A stretch of DNA of 63,606 nucleotides, counting the filler, from Octopus bimaculoides (taxonomy: Eukaryota), in NCBI RefSeq assembly GCF_001194135.2. It is 6 parts of 6 records of this genome, joined end to end, with 100 filler letters (N's around TTAATTAATTAA, not from the genome) between each part and the next. Parts side by side here need not be neighbours in the genome. Positions count along the whole stretch, not along the records: positions 19,173 to 41,133 come from NC_069004.1; 5 more parts are not named here. The stretch is one strand, 5' to 3'. How positions within the stretch are numbered: the stretch's first letter is position 1; the number at the start of each line of letters is the position of its first letter. A model generated the notes under the pieces. It ran no database searches and was not told the origin of the DNA. It was given only the letters and a program-made list of their open reading frames with translations. Position numbers and translations under genes: made by a program. Positions 25,609 through 38,736 of this stretch are shown here, in pieces.

Positions 25609-25883
25609 NNNNNNNNNNNNNNNNNNNNNNNNNNNNNNNNNNNNNNNNNNNNNNNNNNNNNNNNNNNNNNNNNNNNNNNNNNNNNNNNNNNNNNNNNNNN
25701 NNNNNNNNNNNNNNNNNNNNNNNNNNNNNNNNNNNNNNNNNNNNNNNNNNNNNNNNNNNNNNNNNNNNNNNNNNNNNNNNNNNNNNNNNNNNNNNNNNNN
25801 NNNNNNNNNNNNNNNNNNNNNNNNNNNNNNNNNNNNNNNNNNNNNNNNNNNNNNNNNNNNNNNNNNNNNNNNNNNNNNNNNNN

Positions 25884-25922
<39 letters not shown>

Positions 25923-26199
25923 GAAACAGACGAACTGTACATGTATGTGTATGCGTGCGTATGTGTGTGTGTATATATGTATATATATATATATAAACAG
26001 ACGAATAGATTACCTGGACCTGCTACAATTGTTTCTTTCAGAATCTTTATTGTGACGTAAATATGCTACGTCAAAAACGTTGTATGCACATCTTTGAGAT
26101 TATATAATATGTTACGCAACTCTAAACTCGTGAGACTTACCAAATATACAAGCGAACAGTGACATGCTGAGAAAGCAACAGATCATCAAGTAGATTTTT

Positions 26200-27540
26200 T
26201 TTTATCAGAATTAACAACATTTAAGAAACGTTTAGTGGGTGGGATAACAAACTGTCAATCATGAATGTAAAAAGCAGAATGAAGACGTAAATTAAAAAAT
26301 AGTTAAACGGCATTTCTGTTCTCCTGATGTAATTAACCTTAAAGCCCCCACTCATAAAGGCTAGTACTGGAAAAATAGACTTTTATACCAGCAGATAGCA
26401 AGCACCGAACATTACATGTAACCTTACCATAAAATGTTGCCGACGTTGTTTTAAAAAAATATGGCAGAATCTACGTAAATACACATTTCTTTGATTGTTT
26501 CCGTCTGGGGATAGACCTGTTTGCCTGAGATATAAAGTTTTTAAAATTTTCATTTCTGCATAGTCAGAAGCTTTCCTCATTTCCAATTTCATTTGGTATT
26601 CTACTACTGTTATATTGTTTAGTGCATCAAAGGTGTGACGTGGTTCATAAATTCTATCGTTATTCATTTATTTATTTAATTCTTCTTGATTAAAGTGCTC
26701 CGATTAATTATCACGGAACTAATAAAAATATTGGTTTTAAGTAAGGAATGTCCAGTTAATTATTGAAGTTTACGGAATAATCACAAAGTATAGCAAAAGT
26801 CTCAGTTTTTAGAGGAGAGAGAGGGATAAGAAGAAGGAGAAAGAAAAGGAAAAGAAGATAACTAATATACAGAGATAGACATAATCACAGTGCCTACAAC
26901 AATAATTTATAAATACTTAAATAAAAAAAATAGAATAAATCCAATACAGGGATTGTGGTTAGTACTTATGACGGGAAGATGGCATTGGTATAAACAAATG
27001 AATGTATATATTAGACTAATGAAAGTACTTTAGGCAATAATCGGTGTCAACATAAAGATATAAATTTATAAAATCATGTGAGTTAAATATCGAAATTTAC
27101 AGAGATCAGTTATATAGCTGTAATGCAGATATGAGTTAAAAGGCCAAAATTAATAAAAAAAGAAAAATAGAACTAATATTCCCAATGAAACAAAAAGCTA
27201 TATTGTTACTTTATTATCAATAACAAAGTATATCAGTTAAATCATATAAGTTTGGTAGATAGGTTGGATTACTACTATAATAATTTGAAATTATTTAAGT
27301 GGAAGAAGTGGAAGCTATATAAGTGAAAGTATGTAGATTAGTTTGAGCATTACATTCACAAAGAATGCTTTTGGTCCGGCATTTAGATCCAGTTACGAAT
27401 TCAAATGTTTTCTTACGATTACATATACTAGTTAAAGCTGGGATGGGAATATTATAGGTTATATAACACATACCATTATGTGGTTCACAGCCATAATCAG
27501 TAGAATTGCTATACGCCAACGACTCCATCACCACTTAAAT
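26200..27540 (-). mobile_element. Highly decayed Penelope-like element (RT/GIY-YIG remnants)
   Basis: Minus strand TGSKC (~MGTKCAP) and LRQTGLS...RLHV (~YIGQTGxSL...LHVS); many stops; motif recognition only. Confidence 0.35.
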
Positions 27541-27714
27541 TACCATAAGTTATACTGCAGTTACTATAAACATTACTCTGTCACCCAAGTGTTCCCAAAT
27601 TATTGTCCTTGTTATGAGTTGTACATTTGTAATTAGTGCCAAATCTATTATTACAACTATTCACAACAGTACATTTGTTATAATTATTATATGAATTGTT
27701 ACTCCTATGCTAGT

Positions 27715-27818
27715 TATTACTTATACGATGTCGTTCTACCATAGCTCCGCTCCGAGCCGACCAGTGTCTTGTGAGTAGATTTAATAAAGTGGAGCTGAAA
27801 GGAAGCTGTCGTACACGC

Positions 27819-27850
<32 letters not shown>

Positions 27851-27858
27851 GCGCGTAC

Positions 27859-27892
<34 letters not shown>

Positions 27893-28112
27893 TGTCCTTG
27901 TATCTGTGCTTGTTCCCGTTTGACAACCGATTGTGATTAGTTTACGCCCCCGTATCTTGGCGGTTCGGCCGAAGAGCTGATGGACTATGTACCAGGTTTA
28001 ACAAAATAATAAGTACTAGAGTCGATTCCTGCCACTAAACCCTTAAAGGCAGTGCCCTAGCATGGCCGCAGTCCAATGACTGAAACACGTAAAAGATAAA
28101 AATATAAAAGAA
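27715..28112 (+). mobile_element. SINE family A, 5'-truncated
   Basis: CCGAGCCGACCAGTGTCTTGTGAG...CAGTGCCCTAGCATGGCCGCAGTCCAATGACTGAAAC. Confidence 0.8.
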
Positions 28113-28844
28113 GAAGACTTTCAACTCATTTATATTAATAAGACGTCATATGACGTGGTTTCTAATTTTCAAATACCTTTCGTTTATAATGATCTTCTTT
28201 TCGTTGATATTCATGAGTAGGTTTGTTTCTAAAACGATTGTCACTAAAGGGAATTTTTAATTTCCCAAACGGTGTGCCACGATGTTGAGTTCTGTAAATC
28301 ACGTTGCGTTTTTCAAAATCATATCTACATGATCTGTCACCATATTAATAAAACATATAAACACAAACCCACCAGTGTTCTCAATCATTCTTTAACAAAA
28401 CTTCATGACTGCTTCAAGTCGACGGGAGGCCCTAAGAGAATTGGTTCCTGACTTATAAACAAATAGAATAATCAATCAAATTCACAGCCTCCAAACCAGC
28501 ATCGCATTCAATCCTTCATCGCATTCCAACGTGCTTCTACGTGGATGTTCGACACGTTAGAAATAGCAACCAAATCTCCCACAATTCATTTGCTGCTGAT
28601 TTGAAAGAGAAAATGGCATATGATTTTTTTTTTTACACGATCAGAAATGGGTGGTGCCTGTATTTCAAAGGACCAGTCTTGATACGGTCTGTGTCATGCT
28701 GCGTCTCCCTGAGAACTACGATAAATGTAGGTGTGTTTGTGAATTGGTCAGCGAATTGCGCATTAATCTCGCTAGCAGGCCGTTCCGTTGTAACCAAAGG
28801 ATTGCCAGTTTTTGTGCTTTGTGTGTTCTTAAACAAAAAAGCTT

Positions 28845-29225
28845 AACAGACTGAATTTCATAGACCAAAGTAAAACAAGACGGTGGTAATGAGTTCCAGA
28901 GAGCAGCAGTTCGGAGAAGGAAGCTATTAATATAAGAGGACTTATATTAGCAGGAATTCGAAAAGAGAAACGATGCGCCTGGGAAGAGAAGCAGGTGACA
29001 CGTTGAAAGCTCTTCACTGACAGTATTAAATCAGAAAGTTCATCAGAATAATGGGTATAGAAATGATTATAGAAAAGACATAATAAAGATAGATTTTGCT
29101 CAAACAAGTTAGGGCTCTCTGATGAGGCACCAATGCAAAGGTCATAATAATATTCAATGCAAGGTCAAAGGCAGCGAGGTGGCAGAAGCGAATGTCAAAA
29201 ATAGCAGAGGCAGCAGCCAAATCGA
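28845..29225 (-). mobile_element. CR1/L2-group LINE 3' end
   Basis: SLLCLFYNHFYTHYSDELSDL then, in a shifted frame, SFLLRTAALWNSLPPSCF, the typical C-terminal SF.PRT..LWNSLP signature. Confidence 0.65.
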
Positions 29226-29404
29226 CCCTGATTTATCCCCTACCATTATAAAAACGAGAAAAAAAAAATGAAAGCAAAATTGGATAATTTGTAATCTGTC
29301 TCGTCAGGTGAGGCACTGCCTATGGCGATTGGCAAGCCTTAGGAGGGATGGGAAAAGAAACAGAGAAACAGGTGTGGTGAATGAAATGTCGTATAAATTA
29401 CGTA

Positions 29405-30265
29405 ATAATCTTGCTTCCCAACCACATGGCTCCAGGTTCAGTCACACTGCTTGGCATCATGAACATGTGTCTTGAATAAACNNNNNNNNNNNNNNNNNNN
29501 NNNNNNNNNNNNNNNNNNNNNNNNNNNNNNNNNNNNNNNNNNNNNNNNNNNNNNNNNNNNNNNNNNNNNNNNNNNNNNNNNNNNNNNNNNNNNNNNNNNN
29601 NNNNNNNNNNNNNNNNNNNNNNNNNNNNNNNNNNNNNNNNNNNNNNNNNNNNNNNNNNNNNNNNNNNNNNNNNNNNNNNNNNNNNNNNNNNNNNNNNNNN
29701 NNNNNNNNNNNNNNNNNNNNNNNNNNNNNNNNNNNNNNNNNNNNNNNNNNNNNNNNNNNNNNNNNNNNNNNNNNNNNNNNNNNNNNNNNNNNNNNNNNNN
29801 NNNNNNNNNNNNNNNNNNNNNNNNNNNNNNNNNNNNNNNNNNNNNNNNNNNNNNNNNNNNNNNNNNNNNNNNNNNNNNNNNNNNNNNNNNNNNNNNNNNN
29901 NNNNNNNNNNNNNNNNNNNNNNNNNNNNNNNNNNNNNNNNNNNNNNNNNNNNNNNNNNNNNNNNNNNNNNNNNNNNNNNNNNNNNNNNNNNNNNNNNNNN
30001 NNNNNNNNNNNNNNNNNNNNNNNNNNNNNNNNNNNNNNNNNNNNNNCATATATATATATATATATATGCGTGTGTGTGTGTGCGTGTGCTTTGTCTCTCT
30101 ATGTGACTTTTACCACCACTTGACAACTGGTGTTGGTTTCTATTCGTCCCCGCAACTTAGCGGTTCGGCAAAAGTAACTGATAGCATAAGTGCCAAGTTT
30201 TAAAAGAATAAGTCGATTCATTCGACTAAAAGTTCTAGAGAGCGGTGCTGAAACAAGTAAAAGAA
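29405..30265 (+). mobile_element. SINE family A head (29405-29481) and tail (30050-30265) across an N gap
   Basis: CCAACCACATGGCTCCAGGTTCAGTC head; CAACTTAGCGGTTCGGCAAAAG tail; continuity across the gap is not provable. Confidence 0.65.
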
Positions 30266-31904
30266 ACACACACATACACACACACACACAGAGTCCGAAA
30301 ATTCACGTCCAATTCATCTTTGATCATAGATCTGTCGGTCATGGTGACCCGGGGTTAAACTAAATCATCATCAACCGAAACAGTGAGAGAAGAAAAACTC
30401 AAGTCATAATATCCACCATCTCGATTTTATTCTATCGATTATCGTTACCGCAATCTTCATCATGGATTCATTCCATCATCATCATTATCACAACCAACAT
30501 CAATGCATACCACAAACAACAACAACAATATAAGCAATAGCAACAACAACGACAGCAACAGCAAAAAGAACGTCTAATTCAGATTTTTACTCGTTCACCT
30601 CACTTCCCCTTCCACCCTCCCCCCGACGCTCGTCATCAAGGAAGCCGCCATTTTCTCTTCATTGCAACGAATACTAGCATTGAAACCATCACTACCAACG
30701 ACATCTCACTAGCATTATCGTCATCATCGTCATCGCCATCATCATCATCATCATCATCGTCATCGTCATCGTCATCACCATCGTGATCATTATCATCAAC
30801 ATCGTCAAAAAACGCCGTCGGCGTCTTCGTCCATATTATCATCATAATCATCATCGTCGTCGTCATCATCATCATCATCGTCATCATCATCATCATCGTC
30901 ATCACCTTCATCATCATCATCATCGTCGTCGTCATCATCATCATCATCGTCATCATCATCACCTTCATCATCATCATCANNNNNNNNNNNNNNNNNNNNN
31001 NNNNNNNNNNNNNNNNNNNNNNNNNNNNNNNNNNNNNNNNNNNNNNNNNNNNNNNNNNNNNNNNNNNNNNNNNNNNNNNNNNNNNNNNNNNNNNNNNNNN
31101 NNNNNNNNNNNNNNNNNNNNNNNNNNNNNNNNNNNNNNNNNNNNNNNNNNNNNNNNNNNNNNNNNNNNNNNNNNNNNNNNNNNNNNNNNNNNNNNNNNNN
31201 NNNNNNNNNNNNNNNNNNNNNNNNNNNNNNNNNNNNNNNNNNNNNNNNNNNNNNNNNNNNNNNNNNNNNNNNNNNNNNNNNNNNNNNNNNNNNNNNNNNN
31301 NNNNNNNNNNNNNNNNNNNNNNNNNNNNNNNNNNNNNNNNNNNNNNNNNNNNNNNNNNNNNNNNNNNNNNNNNNNNNNNNNNNNNNNNNNNNNNNNNNNN
31401 NNNNNNNNNNNNNNNNNNNNNNNNNNNNNNNNNNNNNNNNNNNNNNNNNNNNNNNNNNNNNNNNNNNNNNNNNNNNNNNNNNNNNNNNNNNNNNNNNNNN
31501 NNATCATCATCGTCGTCGTCATCATCATCATCATCGTCATCATCATCATCATCATCATCATCGTCAACATCATCATCGTCATCATTGTCGTCTTCGTGAT
31601 CTTCAGCATCTGTTACCACAACCATCCACCATTACTATCACCACTACCACTACCACTACCACCACCACCACCACTATCATCAGCATCATCATCATCATCA
31701 TAGTCATCAACACCACCATCGTCATCATCACTGCCTACACATTCCGAACCATCGTCATCACCGTCATCACTAACCTCTACCATTGTCATTGAATTCATTT
31801 TCACCCCCACCGTCAGAACCGCCCGTAGTGTCATCATGATCAACAGCATTGTCATCATCGTCATCATCAACACCACCACCGCCACCACCAACGCCACCAC
31901 CACT

Positions 31905-31941
<37 letters not shown>

Positions 31942-32720
31942 CAATCATCACCACCACCAGCACTACTACCATCATCCTCATCAGTAACATCAGCAGCAGC
32001 AGCACCATTCTCATCATCATCATCATCAACCTCATCACCAGCACCACTAACATCATCATCATCATCAGCAGCAGCATCAATCACCAGCCACCACCACCAC
32101 CACCACCACCACCACCACCATCACCATCATCATCAGCATCAGAATCATCATTCTCATCCTGACCGTCAGCATCAGCATCCGCATCAAAATCAACACCACA
32201 CATCACCGCCATCNNNNNNNNNNNNNNNNNNNNNNNNNNNNNNNNNNNNNNNNNNNNNNNNNNNNNNNNNNNNNNNNNNNNNNNNNNNNNNNNNNNNNNN
32301 NNNNNNNNNNNNNNNNNNNNNNNNNNNNNNNNNNNNNNNNNNNNNNNNNNNNNNNNNNNNNNNNNNNNNNNNNNNNNNNNNNNNNNNNNNNNNNNNNNNN
32401 NNNNNNNNNNNNNNNNNNNNNNNNNNNNNNNNNNNNNNNNNNNNNNNNNNNNNNNNNNNNNNNNNNNNNNNNNNNNNNNNNNNNNNNNNNNNNNNNNNNN
32501 NNNNNNNNNNNNNNNNNNNNNNNNNNNNNNNNNNNNNNNNNNNNNNNNNNNNNNNNNNNNNNNNNNNNNNNNNNNNNNNNNNNNNNNNNNNNNNNNNNNN
32601 NNNNNNNNNNNNNNNNNNNNNNNNNNNNNNNNNNNNNNNNNNNNNNNNNNNNNNNNNNNNNNNNNNNNNNNNNNCTAGAATTCAGCAAAATTCGGTTTCT
32701 TTCTCTTTGTTTTTGTTTTA

Positions 32721-32787
<67 letters not shown>

Positions 32788-32792
32788 AGTAC

Positions 32793-32832
<40 letters not shown>

Positions 32833-33730
32833 ATTATTATTAATAGTACTGTTATTATTATTATTAATATTATTATTATCTCTCTCTAACCCCCTCTGCC
32901 TGCCTTGTTTCTCAGTATTCCTCGCAATGTTGCTTCTTGCCTCTGTTGACATAGAATCAATATAAATATCTTCATCGCCATAGCATCGGATGAAATTAAT
33001 GGAACTTGACAAAGACATGATTACAATACTTGGTTTTAAGCCAGTGTGTAAATATTTGCACTACGAATTAATATATCGCTTTTGATTCTAATTCTTCCCA
33101 TGCCATCCTGTGAAATAGATCTTCATCTCTCGGTTCCGCGCTTCCACAGTATATTTGCAGAGTCCAAATCCGGTAAAATGCGGAGGCAATGGTCGGCCAT
33201 GGATCTCAACGTCGACGGTTTCGATTCGAAATCTACACCGTACTCTTGTCTTAAGAACAAATTCCAAGACCATGCAAAAAATCTTCGAAAATGAATCCTC
33301 TTCATTTTCATTTGTCAGAATTCTTTATTTTTCATACCATGCACAATTACTGGTAAAGTGAGGCACCGCCAATAAAGGATCCATAATATCACGCGACATG
33401 TGAAAATATCAGCGATATTTCTCTCAAATCACACATTACCATGTGAAAATAATTCGAAGGACCCGGTTCATAATTTAGTAATAGAATTCTTTAAAAGTTA
33501 CGGCGGTGAGACTGGAGGGATCCTATGGATCTATAGCTCAGTTTTATGAGAACCCCTCTACACCTAAGCACCAAATTAGAAATAGCGGAAGTAGCAACAC
33601 GAGTTGTGGTTTATAGCCGAATGCTATATCTCAATACCAAATGAGATAAATTTAACGCACAAAAGCAGTGATGAAGCTCGCCTTAGATATGGATGCGCGC
33701 ACGTGTACATTCTTATATATATATATATAA

Positions 33731-33965
33731 GCGATGACTCTGAAACTAGTCTCTGGATGCTGGCTTTGCTGGGTGGAGGTGCTTATCTCCCCCTTTGAAA
33801 ACATAACGACGTAGAAAATATGTCATGGCCAACAGGAAACGGTGTTTCTTAGGGCTAAATAGCAGTAGCATTCTTCCCTTTCATGGTACTGTCACATTAA
33901 GTTGACAATATACCATCATTTTATCGAGCCGCTGCTGTATAAATCTGAGAGATTTAGAAATGTGA
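33731..33965 (+). mobile_element. Diverged copy of the 61.4-kb hammerhead-bearing pLTR-like unit, starting inside the ribozyme
   Basis: GCGATGACTCTGAAACTAGTCTCTGGATGC...GGGCTAAATAGCAGTAG...CTGTCACATTAAGTTGACA aligns by eye with the reverse complement of 61615->61420 and with 61710-61850. Confidence 0.75.
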
Positions 33966-34224
33966 TATTTATATCATATATATATTTCTAATACGAAATT
34001 CTTCCTGCCAATTCTAGCTAACGTGTAAATCTTTGTAATGCCTATTAACAAATGAAACACGTGTAATGGAGAATAAACAATACCAAAAAAATATTTCCTG
34101 TTCTGTTATATATATACCGAAGGGCTTGGTAAAAATTATTAATTGTTGATTTATTAATAAATTAATAAATTGATNNNNNNNNNNNNNNNNNNNNNNNNNN
34201 NNNNNNNNNNNNNNNNNNNNNNNN

Positions 34225-34375
34225 ACAAAAAATAACAACAGACGAGGACAGGTGGTGTAAATAACAAAAGTATATATTAGTATGACGCTCGGGAATACGG
34301 AAAGTCTTTGACGTTTCGAGCTACGCTCTTCAACAGAAAGAATACGGAGACAAGGAGAAAAACACGGAGAAAAAA
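34225..34375 (-). mobile_element. pLTR-like repeat carrying the 34.3-kb hammerhead
   Basis: CAACAGACGAGGACAGGTGGTGTAAA...GGGAATACGGAAAGTCTT is shared with 36610-36702. Confidence 0.65.
34305..34341 (-). ncRNA. Minimal type I hammerhead ribozyme, variant core (CUGUUGA)
   Basis: UCUUU-CUGUUGA-A-GAGC-GUA-GCUC-GAA-AC|GU-C-AAAGA: helix I 5 bp, helix II 4 bp, loopless ACGU helix III, GUC cleavage triplet; A6 replaced by U. Confidence 0.65.
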
Positions 34376-35774
34376 AAAATATATATATATATATAAGGTT
34401 GCATTTTGGAACGGTCAATCTGCCAATAAAACATGCAAACACACGCAGATGTGATGCTTCAATAATTTCACTTCACCTCACTTTAATTAAGCAGTTCGAT
34501 TAGTTAATACTATTGTCCTGTTGCTTTTACAATGATTGAGAAGGCTACAGAACTAATTGAGAAGGCTACAGGAGTTTAGCGAAAATCTTCAACGGATCAA
34601 TGAATTCATAGATATATTGACAACAAGCAGTGTACGAGTGTCTGTGTGGTCATTAGCAAATTGAAAATACATAGGCGTAGGCGTGACTGTGTGCTGAACA
34701 GTTTGTTTCCGAGTCACGTGGTTCTGCGTGGCATTTTGGACAACTGTCTTCTCTACAACAGCCCCGGGTCGATCAAAACCTAGTGACTAAACATGACGAA
34801 CGGAAATTGAAAAAAGCTGCCTTTTTATCTATATGTGTGTGTGTGTGTGTGTGTTTGTGCCTGTGTGCTTGTGTCTGTCTGTTTGTGTGTGCGTGTGTGT
34901 GTGTGTGTTTCTGTCTGTGTGCCTGTGTGTGCACGTGCGTGTGNNNNNNNNNNNNNNNNNNNNNNNNNNNNNNNNNNNNNNNNNNNNNNNNNNNNNNNNN
35001 NNNNNNNNNNNNNNNNNNNNNNNNNNNNNNNNNNNNNNNNNNNNNNNNNNNNNNNNNNNNNNNNNNNNNNNNNNNNNNNNNNNNNNNNNNNNNNNNNNNN
35101 NNNNNNNNNNNNNNNNNNNNNNNNNNNNNNNNNNNNNNNNNNNNNNNNNNNNNNNNNNNNNNNNNNNNNNNNNNNNNNNNNNNNNNNNNNNNNNNNNNNN
35201 NNNNNNNNNNNNNNNNNNNNNNNNNNNNNNNNNNNNNNNNNNNNNNNNNNNNNNNNNNNNNNNNNNNNNNNNNNNNNNNNNNNNNNNNNNNNNNNNNNNN
35301 NNNNNNNNNNNNNNNNNNNNNNNNNNNNNNNNNNNNNNNNNNNNNNNNNNNNNNNNNNNNNNNNNNNNNNNNNNNNNNNNNNNNNNNNNNNNNNNNNNNN
35401 NNNNNNNNNNNNNNNNNNNNNNNNNNNNNNNNNNNNNNNNNNNNNNNNNNNNNNNNNNNNNNNNNNNNNNNNNNNNNNNNNNNNNNNNNNNNNNNNNNNN
35501 NNNNNNNNNNNNNNNNNNNNNNNNNNNNNNNNNNNNNNNNNNNNNNNNNNNNNNNNNNNNNNNNNNNNNNNNNNNNNNNNNNNNNNNNNNNNNNNNNNNN
35601 NNNNNNNNNNNNNNNNCCATTACTTAACATTTCGGTAAAAAGAAATCGATAAACCAAGAACCAGGCTTCTCACAAAATGTACTGAAGTCGATTCGTTTTG
35701 CTAAAAATCTTTCTAGGCGTTGCTGCAGCTTGGGAGAAGGACTAAAGCAAGTAAAACATAAAAAGATATGTCTT

Positions 35775-36182
35775 TAGCCGCGGATGTGGCTGTGTGGTAG
35801 GTATCTTCCTTATCAACCACATAGTTCCGAGTTCAGTCCCACAGCGTGGCACCTTTGGCAAGCGTCTTCTACTATTACCTCAGGCCGACCAAAGCTTTGT
35901 GAGTGGATTTGGTAGATGGAAACTGAAAGAAGCGTGTCTATGTGTGTATGTACATATTCATGTGTGTCTTTGCGTTTATGTTTGTCCTCCCCACCCTTGC
36001 TTGACAACCTATGTTGGTGTGTTTACGCCCCCGTAACTTAGCGGTTCGGCAAACGAGAACGATCGAATAAGTACTAGGTTTACAAAGAATAAGTCCTGGC
36101 GAAGGGGGTCGAGTTGTTCGACTAAAACTCTTTAAGGTGGTGCTCCAGCATGGCCGCAGTCAAATGACTGAGGCAAGTAACA
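35775..36182 (+). mobile_element. SINE family A, full length
   Basis: GCGGATGTGGCTGTGTGGTAGG head to GGCCGCAGTCAAATGACTGAGGCAAG tail. Confidence 0.9.
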
Positions 36183-36514
36183 AAAAAATCAAATGCACAC
36201 ATCTGTCCATGTGTGTGTGTGTATGCGTGTGCATGTATGTATGTGTGTATGCATGTGTGTATGTGTGTATGCATGTGTGTGCGTGAGTGTGTTATAAAGA
36301 ATTTTTATGATTTCTATAAAGAGAAGTTGAAGCTTGTTACCAAGTAAGGAAACAATTAACCGGATATATTTACACCATACAACTGACTTGTGGTATTATT
36401 TACAATTATTGCGATTAAATGATCCGATTTTCTTTCCCCTTCTTTCTCTCAATGCATCTCTCTATCTGCATATGTATCAATTTATTCACCTATCTATCTA
36501 TCTATCTATATATC

Positions 36515-36609
<95 letters not shown>

Positions 36610-36611
<2 letters not shown>

Positions 36612-36701
36612 GAGAATGTACGAAAAAAACAACAGACGAGGACAGGTGGTGTAAACAACAAAAGGATGTATTAGTATGACGTTCGGGAATACGGAAAGTC
36701 T

Positions 36702-36702
<1 letters not shown>
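36610..36702 (-). mobile_element. Second copy of the 34.3-kb repeat, ending at the hammerhead boundary
   Basis: Near-identical to 34230-34308; terminates at AAAGTCTT against (AT)n. Confidence 0.8.
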
Positions 36703-36784
<82 letters not shown>

Positions 36785-36899
36785 GTCTCTCTGTCTGTCT
36801 ATTTATCTATCTATCTACAAATCTATCTGTGAACGAGGTGCATTCCATATCATTAATATGCATCTAATAAACCGACATGTCGAACATTTTCTTTTTTAA

Positions 36900-37290
36900 T
36901 TCCAGATAAAACAAGACCTGCGATAATAGCACTTTGTACACACCTTACTTGTGGCAGCCTACTAAACGCTGATTGTCACACTTCCATCCTGAGAGAGATA
37001 GGCATCAGAACTGTCCCTTACGTTGGAAACCTTGCACCTTGTGAAATTTGTTGTCCCCCAATCTGAAGAATGTCTCAGGAGCAGTCAGTTTGGAGACATT
37101 GAGTAGATGGAGCTGTGACAATTGTTCTGAATTCCATGGGGCCTTCACGAAATAACAGGAGGTCTATTGCAAGTGCATTGAAATCAGAGGTTCCTACTTT
37201 GAAGGAGAGGAATGTTTTGTACTTCTTTGAAATTAATAAATGTCTCACCTCAGAAAAAACTAAAAACACCTGACATGCACCTAGTACGTG
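36900..37290 (+). pseudogene. mariner (DD34D-type) transposase 3' relic
   Basis: GIRTVP..GNLAPCE (~GIKTVPHPPYSPDLAPCD), then LRGSQFGDIE and KCIEIRGSYFEGE, the typical mariner C-terminus; frameshifted. Confidence 0.65.
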
Positions 37291-38164
37291 TGTGCATATA
37301 TCTTACGTATTCGTAACATCACTTTATATANNNNNNNNNNNNNNNNNNNNNNNNNNNNNNNNNNNNNNNNNNNNNNNNNNNNNNNNNNNNNNNNNNNNNN
37401 NNNNNNNNNNNNNNNNNNNNNNNNNNNNNNNNNNNNNNNNNNNNNNNNNNNNNNNNNNNNNNNNNNNNNNNNNNNNNNNNNNNNNNNNNNNNNNNNNNNN
37501 NNNNNNNNNNNNNNNNNNNNNNNNNNNNNNNNNNNNNNNNNNNNNNNNNNNNNNNNNNNNNNNNNNNNNNNNNNNNNNNNNNNNNNNNNNNNNNNNNNNN
37601 NNNNNNNNNNNNNNNNNNNNNNNNNNNNNNNNNNNNNNNNNNNNNNNNNNNNNNNNNNNNNNNNNNNNNNNNNNNNNNNNNNNNNNNNNNNNNNNNNNNN
37701 NNNNNNNNNNNNNNNNNNNNNNNNNNNNNNNNNNNNNNNNNNNNNNNNNNNNNNNNNNNNNNNNNNNNNNNNNNNNNNNNNNNNNNNNNNNNNNNNNNNN
37801 NNNNNNNNNNNNNNNNNNNNNNNNNNNNNNNNNNNNNNNNNNNNNNNNNNNNNNNNNNNNNNNNNNNNNNNNNNNNNNNNNNNNNNNNNNNNNNNNNNNN
37901 NNNNNNNNNNNNNNNNNNNNNNNNNNNNNNNNNNNNNNNNNNNNNNNNNNNNNNNNNNNNNNNNNNNNNNNNNNNNNNNNNNNNNNNNNNNNNNNNNNNN
38001 NNNNNNNNNNNNNNNNNNNNNNNNNNNNNNNNNNNNNNNNNNNNNNNNNNNNNNNNNNNNNNNNNNNNNNNNNNNNNTATATATATATATATATATGTAT
38101 GTATATATATCAATCAGCTGTAGAAAGGAGTTGCGACGTCACTGGTGCCAAGCTCTATCGGACT

Positions 38165-38322
38165 TTGTCTTTCCCTTGGATAACACTTGTGGCGTGAAGA
38201 GAGGAGGCCGGTATCCATGGGCGACTGCTGGTCTTCTATAAACAACCTTGCCCGGACTTGTACCTGGAAGAGTAACTTTCTAGGTGCAATCCCATGGTCA
38301 GTCTTGACCGAGGGGGGCCTCA
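38165..38322 (+). repeat. Short interspersed repeat family E (second copy 56795-56930)
   Basis: GGCCGGTA(T/C)(C/G)CATGGGCGACTGCTGGTCTT...AAACAACCTTGCCCGGA...AACTTTCTAGGTGCAATCCCAT present at both sites. Confidence 0.8.
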
Positions 38323-38494
38323 GCATATATGTATATATATATATAAATTTAAATAATAGGTGTCAAAAATTGAACATTAATTTGATTAATATTAATTTAA
38401 AACCAGTGGCCTAGCAAACTGAAAAATCTGAAGATTCAGAAAAATTATATTACATACATATAAGAGGGATGATGTATCATATTATATATATATA

Positions 38495-38660
38495 TATACG
38501 ACGAGCTTCATTCAGTTTCCGTCAACAAATCCACTCATAAGTCTTTGGTCGGCCCGAGGCTTATAGATGATAACTGCCCAAGGTGCCATGCAATGGGACC
38601 AACCCGGAACTATGTGGTTGGGAAGCAAGCTTCTTACCACACAGTCACGCCTGTGCCTAC
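38495..38660 (-). mobile_element. SINE family A, head
   Basis: TTTGGTCGGCCCGAGGCTTATAG...GCAAGCTTCTTACCACACAGTCACGCC. Confidence 0.8.
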
Positions 38661-38736
<76 letters not shown>

